From Octopus sinensis (Eukaryota), in NCBI RefSeq assembly GCF_006345805.1, contig NC_043000.1, positions 130,758,001 through 130,822,000 on the forward strand: 64,000 nucleotides of DNA. The letters run 5' to 3'. A model generated the notes under the pieces. That model did no database searches, was not told the origin of the DNA, and saw nothing but the letters and a program-made list of their open reading frames with translations. This document shows positions 27,928 to 40,519 of the stretch, in pieces. Position 1 is the first letter of the stretch. Every line of letters begins with the position of its first letter. The translations under genes and the position numbers were made by a program.

Positions 27928-28283
27928 ACTGGTGATATAATCATATATTTGGGTATACATGTGCGTATCAATGTGTTTATCCATTTATGTATGCATATAT
28001 ATATATGCACTCGTACATGCATACGTGCATGTATACGTGTAGGTATATAATCATGTATGTGCACATTACGTATGCTGTTCGCTGTTCAGCGCATGCGTCA
28101 CATATTGCCTTTACTGTTTCCTTCGGCGAAATTGTACAGTTTAAGAACAAAGGCAAATTTTAAAATTTACTTTTATCTAAAAATCGAATTATCTCATCGT
28201 TATATTGATTATATTTAGTCTCATACACCTCCACACTCACACAGACATTTCTCTTCCTCTTTTTCTCTTTCCATCTCTCTCTG

Positions 28284-28316
<33 letters not shown>

Positions 28317-28939
28317 ATCTATCAATCTATCTATCACTATCTATCTTTTATTTATATTTTTGGTATTGAATTTAGATTTTTATTTATTCGTGTTTTTATG
28401 TATCTTTTCGTATTTTTCCGTTTATTGTTTCACTATTGTCGTCGCCCACTACAATAAAAGTTTTCTTTACTATCGATCTTATATTTTATATCCTATACAG
28501 ACAAGTCATCGGAATGATAGAGAAGGGTGGAAGGAGTAGAAGAAAAAGATGAAGAATGCCCTCAATGCCAGCGGCTTCCTGAGATCAGGCTGACTAATCG
28601 GTTCCTGGCAAATGATGCCAACGGTTCTAAAAATCCAATTTTCCGTTACTTATTTCGTTCAATCTGCATCTAGTGATGAAGAGTTGTTGTTGTTGTTGTT
28701 GTCGCTTTTGTGCTTTAGGTCTACCCTGATCACAGATGAGACTTCTCTTATTAATAATGTCAACTATTGAGCGGATATTTAAATTCGTTTGTTAAACACT
28801 CACACACACACACACATACACACACACACACAAACACGTACACACATGCATACACGCACACACCCATACACTTCAGGAGAATTCTAGAATACTAGTGATC
28901 TGCTTCGAGGTAAATTATGCACTAAACGTCCTGAACCTA

Positions 28940-29185
28940 GATGATGATGATGATGATGATGATGATGAGGGGGGAACGAAGAGCTAGATGAACAAGAACA
29001 AGGAAAAGGAGGAGGGGAGAAGAAGAAGAAGAAGAAGAAGAAGAAGAGAAGAAAAAGAAGAAGGCGAGGAGGAGGAGCAAATGGAGGAAGAGAAGGAAGA
29101 TAAAGAGGAGGAGGAGGAGGAGGAGGAGGAGGAGGAGAAGGAGGAGGAGGAGGAGGGGGTAGTGATGGTGGTGATGGTGGTGGTA
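28940..29185. repeat. (TGA)n plus polypurine (GAA)n/(GAG)n tract
   Basis: Direct reading. Confidence 0.93.
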
Positions 29186-29463
29186 ATTTAGATGATAATA
29201 TATTCACCGCACCCTGTATATATACATATGTGTGTGTGTGCGTGTGTGTATACAAAATGCTAAATAATTTGAGACACTCATCCTGCCTTGATTTTTGGCA
29301 TCCTTTCTCCTCTAATATATATCTGCTAACTCAGAAACCTACTACAGATCCCTAGTTCCAGCTTAAGGTGTGAACTTGGAACCTAACAGATGACCAATTA
29401 CAGTTACACAGCGTACCTATTCGTTTACATTACCAGTGGACTAAACCCCTCGTATTCTATATA

Positions 29464-29665
29464 CCGTATTTGACGGCATATAGGACGCACTTTTTTCCAA
29501 AAAATTTGGCTCAAAAAATCGCCCTGCGTCTAATATGCGAAGGCAAGACCCACCGTAGGCTAATCTTCTCCCAGACGCTCACTAACCTAGCTTACGATAA
29601 GTATTTCTACCTACGCTAACGCCTTAATGATATTTTCCGTACTCATGCATCATTATTTTATTGCT

Positions 29666-29699
<34 letters not shown>

Positions 29700-30644
29700 G
29701 TATTATTACTTTAAAATACGAATTATCGTAAAAATCAAAGCAATCTACCGTAAATTGTTAGGCTGCGATCCATGACACACGTTACTAATATCAGCTGATC
29801 GGAACCCTAACTCGATACCATCTGACGGTGAGGAGTAAAACTACGGAATGCACATGATCGTTGCGAGTTCGTGTATATACGGAGGTAGGTTGGATATCTT
29901 GGTACAACAAAGTTTATGATCATAACAAAACACACTACAACAGTACAAGCACCCTCACGGCTATGGCAGCAAAAAGATCAAACTACAAAATCTCCTACAA
30001 ACTACGAGTGGTAGATTATGCCAAGGAGCATGGAAATAGAGCAGCAGCAAGGGTTTTTGGGCCACCACCTACAGAAAAAATGATACGTGTCTGGCGACAG
30101 CAAGAAGAGCAGCTGATGAGAGCACAGAAAGGTAAACATAACCTTCGTTGCCCAGCCCCACATTGGCCAGAACTTGAGGATGATATAAAAACGTGGGTGC
30201 TTGATGACAGAAACTCAGGGAGAAGTGTATCTACCAAAATGCTAATTCATGAGGCCATGAGAGTAGCAGAACAACGAGGGATACAGAACTTTGCAGGAAC
30301 AGAAGGTTGGTGTTACAGGTTTATGAAACGGAAGGGTTTATCAATGCGTACAAAAACATCCATTGCACAAAAAATGCCCGCTGATTATGAAGAAAAAATA
30401 TTAGGAGACTTTTCTGGTGTAGAAGATGATGAAGAGTTTTCTGGTTAAAAAGATGATTAAAGATGATTACTATTGTAATTTGTATGCTTTCCTTTTGTAT
30501 GATTGCTTTTATACAGCAATGTGCTGCTAGACTGCTTTCAACAATATATGCTTAAATACACTTAAAACTTTTTTCCTGAATTTGACCTGCTGAAATGAGG
30601 GTGCGTCTAATATGCCAGTGCGTCTAATATGCCGTCAAATACGG
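29464..30644 (+). mobile_element. Internally deleted pogo-family DNA transposon, 1,181 bp
   Basis: 27 bp TIRs ccgtatttgacggcatataggacgcac (29464-29490) and gtgcgtctaatatgccgtcaaatacgg (30618-30644), 25/27 match; TA on both flanks; subterminal tgcgtctaatatgc repeats. Confidence 0.95.
29963..30448 (+). CDS. Truncated pogo transposase: BrkDBD-like HTH + CENP-B-type HTH + acidic tail, no DDD domain (161 aa)
   Basis: ATG at 29963; YKISYKLRVVDYAKEHGNRAAAR, WPELEDDIKTWV and FAGTEGWCYRFMKRKGLSMRTKT resemble POGK/Tigger N-termini; ends YEEKI-LGDFSGVEDDEEFSG*. Confidence 0.8.
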   Translation: MAAKRSNYKISYKLRVVDYAKEHGNRAAARVFGPPPTEKMIRVWRQQEEQLMRAQKGKHNLRCPAPHWPELEDDIKTWVLDDRNSGRSVSTKMLIHEAMRVAEQRGIQNFAGTEGWCYRFMKRKGLSMRTKTSIAQKMPADYEEKILGDFSGVEDDEEFSG

Positions 30645-30673
30645 TATATATATATATAAATAAATATATATAT

Positions 30674-30856
30674 AGGCGCAGGAGTGGCTGTGTGGTAAGT
30701 AGCTTGTTTACCAACCACATGGTTCTGGGTTCAGTCCCACTGCGTGGCACCTTGAGCGAGTGTCTTCTACTATAGCCTCGGGCCGACCAAAGCCTTGTGA
30801 GTGGATTTGGTAGACGGAAACTGAAAGAAGCCCGTCGTATATATGTATATATATAT

Positions 30857-30887
<31 letters not shown>

Positions 30888-31051
30888 TGTGTGTGTGTGT
30901 GTGTTTGTGTGTCTGTGTTTGTCCCCCTAGCATGCTTGACAACCGATGCTGGGTGTTTATGTCCCCGTCAATTAGCGGTTCGGCAAAACAGACCGATAGA
31001 ATAAGTACATGGCCGCAGTCAAATGACTGAAACAAGTAAAAGAGTAAAGAG

Positions 31052-31052
<1 letters not shown>
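30674..31052 (+). mobile_element. SINE family A
   Basis: aggcgcaggagtggctgtgtggtaag head; gagtaaagag tail. Confidence 0.93.
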
Positions 31053-31095
<43 letters not shown>

Positions 31096-31187
31096 GTACA
31101 CACACACATATATATATATATTTATACATATATACATATACACACGCATACATATATACGTACTTACGTATACTTATGTATCTATGC

Positions 31188-31212
<25 letters not shown>

Positions 31213-31219
<7 letters not shown>

Positions 31220-31890
31220 CACATTAAGTACAAAACAAAATAACAAACAATACACTATAAGTACAGGACATCACGAATGAGTGAAAAATACGTGAACACA
31301 TGAAGAAACGAAATACATAAAGGGACAAAATACCGAAAGAAGTCTAACTCCACCTCAGGTGTCGGATGTTTATTAATCCCTATTTCGAGCTTTCAACGAC
31401 AAGATAGGAAATCTTCATAAGACATTCGCATACAGAAATTTGAAAAAGATAAAATTGGTGGAAAGTTAGGGTATCGAAACGAACAAACATCAACAGAGTG
31501 GACGCACGTACAGAGTAAACAATCGACGGAAACAAACATTAAGGGCCGTTAGACGAAGACGAAGTGAAATGGGTAACGCCTGGGAGAAATTTTGAAAGGA
31601 TGTAGAATAAACAGACGAGAAAAAAATAGAAGGAAAAAAACCAAATGTCGGGAGACGAGAGAAATGACGTCCACCTAGTTGGACGTCGCGTCTAAAATCG
31701 ACGCAAACAGGCAGAGAGGAAGTGGATAAAAAAGAATGCGAGGGAAAGAAACAAAGGGAGTGGGAGAAGGGAGAAGGAACGAAAGATAGCAGGGACTGGA
31801 AAAAAAAACATGGGATAGTAAAGAACGTGGGGGAGAAATGGAAAATAAAGTGGATTATAGAAGGATAAAGAGAAAGAAAGAAAACTGAGT
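31213..31890 (-). mobile_element. Probable Penelope-type terminal (pLTR/UTR) fragment
   Basis: Minus strand pyrimidine-rich tract, then cttatgaag...gttgaaagctc...aataaa; related sequence at 32345-32470. Family call is inferred. Confidence 0.4.
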
Positions 31891-31904
31891 GTGGCATCGC
31901 AGAA

Positions 31905-32300
31905 ATATATATATATAAAGCTGAAGTTTTCCGTGTGTGTGTGTCAGGTTTGGTAGCTTTCAACTAATACTATCTCCTCCGAGACGCTGCGGCGCAAGTT
32001 GACCAAAATTGAGAGTATGATAGAAGAAGGCTTGCTCATCATTCCGTAAAAGAAAAAAATTCAAATCGGACCATGTTAACACCAAATATTATTTACATCA
32101 AAAAGGTGCTTTTTTTTCTATGAAAATCCCTGTTTTTTAAGAGCTTTTGACTGCTGTGTCGCCATTTTTCGGTGTATTTCAACCATAAAAATGTTCACTT
32201 AAAGAGAATAACAGGCTACATATTGCAAAATTTTTACTTTCAAAAATTCCAATTCTAAAAGGTTGAAACAAACCCGAGCAACGCCGGGCTATACTGCTAA
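31905..32300 (+). mobile_element. Non-autonomous Helitron, second core type
   Basis: Ends aaacccgagcaacgccgggctatactgCTAA|T, the same hairpin as the 10573/17149 copies; different internal sequence. Confidence 0.75.
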
Positions 32301-32989
32301 TTATAAATAAATGTAAGAACTTACTGCAGACAAGATTATAAATAAATAAAAATACACATTAAGTGCAGGACATCACCAACGAGCGAAAAACATGTAAACA
32401 CACGAGAGAGGGGTACAGGACAAAAAATACAAAATCAGAACATGACATGAAAAACAAGTGAAAAATACGGTATGTATGCCTCTCTAAAAGTATGGGTGGA
32501 TGGCTTCGCGTATATGTTTTTAAAGAAAGAATCAGAGAGAAATTACCATATTTCGAAAGATATTGCATATTACCTTAATGCATCTATTTACATTTACAAG
32601 ATATTTTTCGAAAAGATATATTAATGAATATATAAATATATATTTCTAGTCAATTTCCTCTTATCTAATCAAACAAAACTATATTTTTTAACCTACGTAA
32701 GATGGCAAGAAGATAGGAATGGCGTAGCATATCATTGACATTAAACAATATCAGAAAGAACATCAAACAGAGGGACGTTTAAATTGAATATCACAGACTT
32801 CTCGAATAGATATATTATATAAATGTATGAGTTTGTATGTGTATATATATGTATGTACGTATATGTACATATTTATATATATACATATATACACACATAT
32901 ATATATATAGCTATATATGTGTGTGTATGTATATGTATATATATATATAAACAAATACACTTATATATATATATACGTACACAAATACA

Positions 32990-33039
<50 letters not shown>

Positions 33040-33167
33040 TGTATTTGTGTACTAATATATACATATGTGCATATATGTGTACGTGTGTATGTGTGTGTGT
33101 GCGTGCAAATAAACATTTTTACATACACCCATACATATATAATATATAATTTTTATTCATAATAGAT

Positions 33168-33222
<55 letters not shown>

Positions 33223-33919
33223 CGTGTGTGTGTGTGTATGCATGTATGTATGTATGCATATCCATATATTATGTACATATATGTACATACACATACCTAT
33301 ACATACATACATGCATACATATATATATACACTCACACACACACAAACCAGCAGTCAAACTCACACACATGCAAATATGCACATATCTGTATACATGTAT
33401 GCTTGTATACATATAGATATGACAGAGGAAATTGATCAAAATGGCGTGGGGGGGAGGGAGAGATAGAGATGGTACGAATTCTACAAGTTTCTCTTTAACC
33501 TCTTACAAATTTCAAGTCGACTTTTTCCGTTTCTCGTTTTTTTTCTTTTTCAACAAGAACAACTTGCTAGTCAAAATGAAACAGCAAACAATTCAGTTAC
33601 GATTGAATAATCACACACCACTAATGTGTATCTTCATAACTTCGTACGTGAATTCTGTGTATTTAAAGATATATGCATTGCCTCAAGTACTTCTCTATAT
33701 TTCTTCCTCTTTCTTTGTCTGTCTCTCTTTTCCTCCCTATCACTCTTTGTCTCTGTCACTCTCTCTTTCTCTCTCACACACTCTTTCTATTAGTATATAT
33801 CATTTCTGTCACTTCCTCTCCCTCCCTCTATGTCTCTCTGTCTCTCTAACTCTCGATCTCTCTCACTCTATATCAACCTTTCCTTTTTTGTCTCTGTCTC
33901 TCTGTCTGTCATTCTTTCT

Positions 33920-33954
<35 letters not shown>

Positions 33955-34165
33955 ACTCGTACACATTTCATCCTTTCTCTGTAATTCATTCTTACCTACA
34001 TGTAATATATCTTATTTTACTAGAATATATGTGTATGAGTGTGTGTGCGTGGGAGCGAGAGAGAGGGCAAGAGGGAGAGAGAGAGAGAGGGCGAGAGGGA
34101 GAGTGAGAGAATGTGTACACAAGTATGTCCTTATAGATAGGACAGACAAATTGACAGGTAAATAG

Positions 34166-34345
34166 GTATATATAGGTAGGAAGTTGGGTAGGTAGGTAGG
34201 TAGGTAGATAGGTAGGCAGGTAGGCAGGTAGGTAGGTAGGTAGGTAGGTAGGTAGGTAGGTAGGTAGGTAGATATGTAGGTAGGTAGGTAGGTAAGTTGG
34301 TAGATGGATAGGTAGGTGGGTAGGTAGGTAGGTAGGTGGGTAGAT
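34166..34345. repeat. (TAGG)n array
   Basis: Direct reading. Confidence 0.97.
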
Positions 34346-35213
34346 TGACATAAATGCATATATGCATACTTATATATCTACATACATGTGCAAACGAACA
34401 TATGTGTGTGTCTATATGTGTGTTTTTCTGTGTAAATATGTATATTTGAGGAAGTTATTAAGACAGATATTTCGTATAAAAGTCTGTCTGCATGTGATTA
34501 CATACATACCTAGATACGTTTTAGTGTGTGTATGTGAGTGTACGTGTCTGTGAATGTGTGTATGTGAGTGTACGTGTCTGTGAATGTGTGGATGTGCGCA
34601 TGTCTATGTTGTGTTTGCATGTGCGTATGTGTATGCTGTGTATGTATATGTGTGTGTGCGTGTGTGTGCGAAAACAAAATACTTTTGTTTGTTCTTTCCA
34701 AAGTTTTGATTCCTTCTTCCTGTGAATACAAAGATAATATTGTTGTCTGAATAATTTTGTAAAAGTTTTATCCAGTACAATTCTTGTAATTACGTCAAGC
34801 TTTATATATCAATTGGAATTATATTGCGTTTGTATTCAAAATAGTTTTCGTTTTCTTTGTTTTTTTTTGTTTTGTTTTGTTTTGTTTTTTGTTGTTGTTT
34901 TTTTTTTTTTTTTTCAATAACGATATTATAAATAAAACTTGCATAGAAATAAACAGAAATATGTATATATTTATTTTGTGAAACCAGAAAGATTGCAAAA
35001 GTATTGTTATTTCTATATTATGTTTTCAACTGTTACATGCAAGTTTCAACTATACTACCACGTGTACTTTCTTATTACTGATGTCTCTTCTACATTGCGT
35101 TTGTGAGCTGTAGTGTAATCTGTACTATATCTATTTACCACATCTGTGTTCAAATCCCGCCCAGCTCAGCTTTTCTTTCCGTTTCTTCCGAGGATGTTAA
35201 AACTAAAGTACCA

Positions 35214-35957
35214 TAAGGCGGCGAGCTGGCAGAATCGTTAGCACGCCGGGCGAAATGCGTAGCCGAATTTCATCTGCCGTTACGTTCTGAGTTCAAATTC
35301 TGCCGAGGTCGACTTTGCCTTTCATCCTTTCGGGGTCGATAAATTAAGTACCAATTACGTATTGGGGTCGATGTAATCGATTTAATCTGTTTGTCTGTCC
35401 TTGTTTGTCCCTTCTGTGTTTAGCTCCTTGTGGGTAGTAAAGAAATAGGTATTTCGTCTGTCGTTACGTTCTGAGTTCAAATTCCGCCGAGGTCGACTTT
35501 GCCTTTCATCCTTTCAGGGTGGATAAATTAAGTACCTATTTCTTTACTACCCACAAGGAGCTAAACACAGAGGGGACAAACAAGGACGACAGACGGATTA
35601 AGTCGATTACATCGACCCCAGTGCGTAACTGGTACTTAATTTATCGACCCCGAAAGGATGAAAGGCAAAGTCGACCTCGGCGGAATTTGAACTCAGAGCA
35701 CGAAGACAGACGAAATACCGCTAAACATTTCGCCCGGCGTGCTAACGTTTCTGCCAGCTCGCCGCCTTACGTTCTGAGTTCATCTGCCGTTACGTTCTGA
35801 GTTCAAATTTTGCCGAGGTCGACTTTGCTTTTCATCTTTTCGGGGTCGATAAATTAAGTACCAGTTACTCACTGGGGTCGATGTAATCGATTTAATCACT
35901 TTGTGTGTCCTTGTTTGTCCTCCCTATGTTTAGCCCCTTTTGGGTAATAAAGAAACA
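35214..35957. mobile_element. SINE family B cluster: forward (35214-35535), inverted (35533-35769), forward (35770-35957)
   Basis: Each segment aligns to the family B consensus. Confidence 0.92.
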
Positions 35958-36540
35958 TATACTACCACGTGTACTTTCTTATTACTGATGTCTCTTCCAC
36001 ACTGTGTTTGTGAGCTGTAGAGTAATCTGTACTATATCTGTTTACCCCATCTGTGTTCAAATCCCGCCCAGCTCAGCTTTTGTTTCCGTTCTTCCCACGG
36101 TGTTAAAACTAAAATACCTTTCCTGGAGTTGTTTGGCTATAATAGGCTGTTTCCTCAAACAGAGTTCTGCCAACGTTAAATTATAATCATCTGTCCTTCA
36201 AATCTATCCTCTTCCGATTGCTCTTGCGTCAACTAAATAAATAGCTATTATTAATGTTGTTCTGGCGAAAGGCAATGGATTATTGGAATGGTAAGAGCGT
36301 TAGCACAACGCTGTTCAGCAGTTCTTCCGACACTTTAACATCCCCGGTGAAGTAAGCTTTTCTTTTATATCCCCATGGGATCCATAAAACATGTTCGATG
36401 TTTTTTGTTTTGTTTTTTTTTACCTTGCATAAGATAGCAAGATAGGAAAGGTGTACCATAAGAAATGGCATAAAAATATAACAGAACAGAAAGAACATTA
36501 AATAGAATTGACTATTTAACGTTGGTTATATAATATACAG

Positions 36541-36813
36541 TAGAGGCGCAATGGCCCAGTGGTTAGGGCAGCGGACTCGCGGTCGGAGGATCGCGGTTTC
36601 GATTTCCAGACCGGGCCGTTGTGTGTGTTTATTGAGCGAAAACACTTAAAACCTCCACGAGGCCCCGGCAGACGGTGGTGGTGACCCCTGTTGTACTCTT
36701 TCGCCACAACTGTCTCCCACTCTCTCTTCCTGTTTCTTGAGTAACGCTGCGATGGACTGGCGTCCCGTCTATCTGAAGGGGCGGACACATACGCCACAGA
36801 AACCGGACCCATG
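36541..36813 (+). mobile_element. SINE family C, full length
   Basis: tRNA-like head with A box tggcccagtgg and B box ggtttcgatt; tail gaaaccggacccatga. Confidence 0.92.
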
Positions 36814-36869
36814 ATAAGGGCGACGGTTATCGTTTTATATAATATACACCTGTTTTAGACTGCTAGCAA

Positions 36870-37070
36870 GCAGAATAGTAAGAGCGCCGGCCAAAATACT
36901 TTACATTTTGTTCGTTTTTACGTTCTGAGTTCAAATTCCGCCGAGGTCGACTTTACCTTTCATCCCCTATCAGGGTTAATAAAATGTGTACCATTCAAGA
37001 GCTGTGGCTGATGCAATCGACTTACCCCTCCCCCGAATTTGCTGGCCTTGTGCCATAATTTGAAACCTAT
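36870..37070 (+). mobile_element. SINE family B variant (short tail ccccctcccccga...tttgaaacc)
   Basis: gttctgagttcaaattccgccgaggtcgac core. Confidence 0.85.
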
Positions 37071-37087
37071 ATTATACACACACACAC

Positions 37088-37121
<34 letters not shown>

Positions 37122-37629
37122 GTATATATGTATTCACCATAAGTTGGTTAATCGATACAAGACTAACTTCCACCCATCAAATTTATGGGCTTCTACCTAA
37201 ATTTGAAACTATTGCTATTGTTCGGGGGCGTGCTTTCTTTTAACTCTTACAGGTTCTAAATTTTACCAAGTGGAATTACATGAAGGAATAACAACATAAT
37301 TTAGTTATTCAAACAGTTTCTTTTTGAAAACTCCGAAAGTCACCCATATAGAGTTCAGACGAAAATTAAAAAATGGTCTGTCTTTAGACAAATTTAGTTT
37401 CTTCTCATTCGTATGCAGAATATCCACTGGAACCGAAATGAAGGTAATTCTACTTGGTTTGAGCAATCGAAAACAAAAAACTTTTTTTTATACAGTAGAC
37501 ACACAAACACTTTTAAAAAATGGAATTGACAGTGATGAGAAATATTCTAATGACACGGTTGACAAAAACAAGAACAACGCTCACAGGTTCACGCATTCTC
37601 TGTGTCTATATAATAAATTACAATTTACT

Positions 37630-37856
37630 GAAGGCGGCGTGCTGGCAGAAACGTTAGCACGCCGGGTGAAATACGTAGCCGTATTTCGTCTGCCGTTACG
37701 TTCTGAGTTCAAATTCCGCCGAGGTCGACTTTGCCATTCGGGGTCGATTAGATATCTACCAGTTACGCACTGGGGTCGATGTAATCGATTTAATCCCTTT
37801 GTCTCTCGTTGTTTGTCCCTTCTATGTTTAGCCCCCTGTGGGCAATAAAGAAATAT
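37630..37856 (+). mobile_element. SINE family B monomer
   Basis: Head plus single unit ending gggcaataaagaaata. Confidence 0.92.
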
Positions 37857-39429
37857 ATATTATAAATTACTATTTAGTTGTATCCTTTTCTGTTCCGAGT
37901 TCAAATCTTGTGAAGACCAGCTTTGTCTCTTATCTTTCTAGGACTGATGAAAGAAATACTGGTAAATAACTCGTGTCGATCTAATCGACTACAGCTTTTC
38001 ACACAAAAGGTGCGGCCTTGTGCCTGTAGTACAAATCATCTTTGTTATTAATGATAAAGCTTAATTTAGATCAGTCTTGATTGAATACATGATTAAATGT
38101 TATCCCAAAAATAACCACCCATCTTCTGTCTTTCATACATGTCATATATGCAACAACATGATTCATTGTATTCTTCCTTTTAAGGCCATAGCGTGTCATT
38201 TCAGAGATAGTTGGCTGTTGTTTATTGCTAGCCAATTGATCATATAGTATCTTTCGTTGGCTCATATTAATTTTGTTGTCGATACTACGGTTACTTTTAA
38301 AAAATATACTTAGTTACAATATTCATGAGAAAGAAACCATTTTATATACGGTGTGGTACAAGAAGTATTTACTAACAGCTGGTTCACCTATAAATTGCAA
38401 AGGACAATGAAAACATTTTAAACTTATCTGTGTGTGTGTATGTGCGTGGGTGTATGTTTGTGTGTGTGTGTACGTGAAAGTATATTATGTGGTACACCAT
38501 GGTGGAAAGATACGTATGTGTGTGTAGATAAACCTACCATAAGAGGTAATCGACAAATAGTCGCGTATCTGTAGACTTCTGCAAAATATATGATTAAGAA
38601 TGAGAAATTGAATGGATTTTCTTAGCGGACTACCTGCGTTCTACGGACGAATATTGGTGTAAACTCCAACAAGAGCAAAATTGAAGCAGTGATCTCAAGT
38701 ATTTTTAGCATTAAAAGACATAAGGATGGGTTATGTCAAACAAATTTTACAATTAACGAGCTATCTGGTGTGTCTGCCATCCTACTAGACGTTCGTCGAC
38801 AGACGATGTATTATATGAGACATAGAGAAAATTGTACTTCGAGCCTCCGTAGGTTCCGGTAATGAGGAATCAGTTGTTTGATCCTTTGAATTACCAGCTC
38901 ACTGGATTATCGTGTAAATGACTGAACTCGATCTTTTAGAAACAATTTAGGAGGCTTTTCACTTATTATTTCATCATTATTTTTAATAATCATTAACTTT
39001 AACCTCCTAGGATTAATTCCTTATGTTTTCAGAACTACTAGTCATTTAGCTATATCTTTTTCCCTCTCCTCCCCCCTATGATTCAGATTAATTATTTCAT
39101 CCTACGTGTGCTCTTAAGGTAATTCTCAGAAAGAATCAGTGTGACACAGTATGTGACAAGGATCTACTTTACGTTACAAATAATCCGTCTCTTGCAGTTT
39201 CCGTGGGCTACTAAATTTCAGTCAGGAAGCGTGATGTGACAAGAAACAATGATAAAATCCACTTTCCCAATGTCATGGCAGTGGGGTCGAGCCTGAAACC
39301 TCTTGATTTTGCTGGAACATCATGATTGGGAACCGAACTTAACCATTCGTCTATGCTGCATCCATTAACTAAACAATCTTAGCCATTAGGTTAAGTCACT
39401 AGATCGCAACTGCATGGTAGTTAATGTCT

Positions 39430-39502
39430 AGTAGTAGTAGTAGTAGTAAGTAGTAGTAGTAGCAGCAGTAGAAGCAGCAGCAGTAGTAATAGCAGAAGCA
39501 GT

Positions 39503-39568
<66 letters not shown>

Positions 39569-39575
39569 TTTGGTG

Positions 39576-39615
<40 letters not shown>

Positions 39616-39705
39616 GAGGAGGAGGAGGGACAGCAGCAGCAGCAAGAGTAGTACTGGTAGTAGTAGCAGCAGCAGCAGTAGTAGTAGTAGTAGTAATGAT
39701 GGTTG
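39430..39705. repeat. (TAG)/(CAG)/(TGG)/(GAG) compound microsatellite
   Basis: Direct reading. Confidence 0.96.
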
Positions 39706-39939
39706 TGGTGCTGTTGCTTGGAAAATATAATATCTTGACAATAGAAGTGTGAATGGAAGCATAGCGTTGATTCATTTGTGGTCTGGAAGTGTACCAAATA
39801 TCTCGCTCGTCACTGGCATTATATTACAATCTAGCGATGAGTCATAGGAGATGAATACATCATCGTCTTTGAAATGTGTTGAAATATTGCATGTAATGGA
39901 AAAACTGCAGAAGTAGCTTGGCGAGAATTACTATCAGTC

Positions 39940-40130
39940 AAGACGGAACCACTCAATATTGGTCATAAAGAACACCGATAAATTTCTGAATTGGAAGCGA
40001 TGTAAAAATATACGTGAGAAAAGTATTATAGCAATTTCAGTTGAAGAAATTACAATGTGAATAAAAGATCTACTCAAACTGGAAGCATTTGTCAAACATC
40101 ATATGAAGGGTGCAAACAATAGAGGATGTA
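39940..40130 (+). mobile_element. Highly decayed RTE LINE fragment
   Basis: Weak resemblance to W.LT....RRI.AFEM.CYRKIL.I. Confidence 0.3.
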
Positions 40131-40187
40131 TCGTTCTTGTTTTTATTTTAATAGCTTAGTGACATGAGGACGAATGACATCCAAGAT

Positions 40188-40488
40188 TGTTTGTTCCTTA
40201 TCAAGCCATGTCTAGCTCATAGGGCCGGTTTCCCGGTTTCCTTGGCGTATAGGTTCCCCATCTGGACGGGATGCCGGTCCGTTGCAGGTGAGCTGCAAGA
40301 TGCAGGAGGAAAGAGTGAGTGAATCTGTGGCGAAAGAGTCAGCAGAGGTTCGCCATTACCTTCTGCCGGAGCCGCGTGGAGCTTAGGTGTTTCGCTCATA
40401 AACACACACATCGCCCGGTCTGAGATTCGAACCCGCAATTACTCGACCGCGAGTCCGCTGCTCTAACCACTGGGCCATGTGCCTCCAC
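40188..40488 (-). mobile_element. SINE family C
   Basis: Reverse complement similar to the 36541 copy. Confidence 0.9.
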
Positions 40489-40519
40489 GACATCTAAGAT
40501 ACTTTTCAGCAATTCCATG

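Noticed and set aside
34166-34345. (TAGG)n as interstitial telomeric repeat
   Set aside because: Unit is 4 bp TAGG, not TTAGGG or TTAGG
35214-35957. Regularly recurring motifs that might suggest a CRISPR-like array
   Set aside because: These are SINE units; there are no short repeats with unique spacers, and the context is eukaryotic
36541-36615. tRNA-like sequence (also the heads of all SINE copies)
   Set aside because: A/B boxes present but no complete cloverleaf acceptor stem, and it continues into SINE body
37419-37443. 25 nt micro-exon candidate (ttcttctcattcgtatgcag|...aag|gtaatt)
   Set aside because: Good splice-like flanks arise by chance in 64 kb; not a multiple of 3 and no partner exons found
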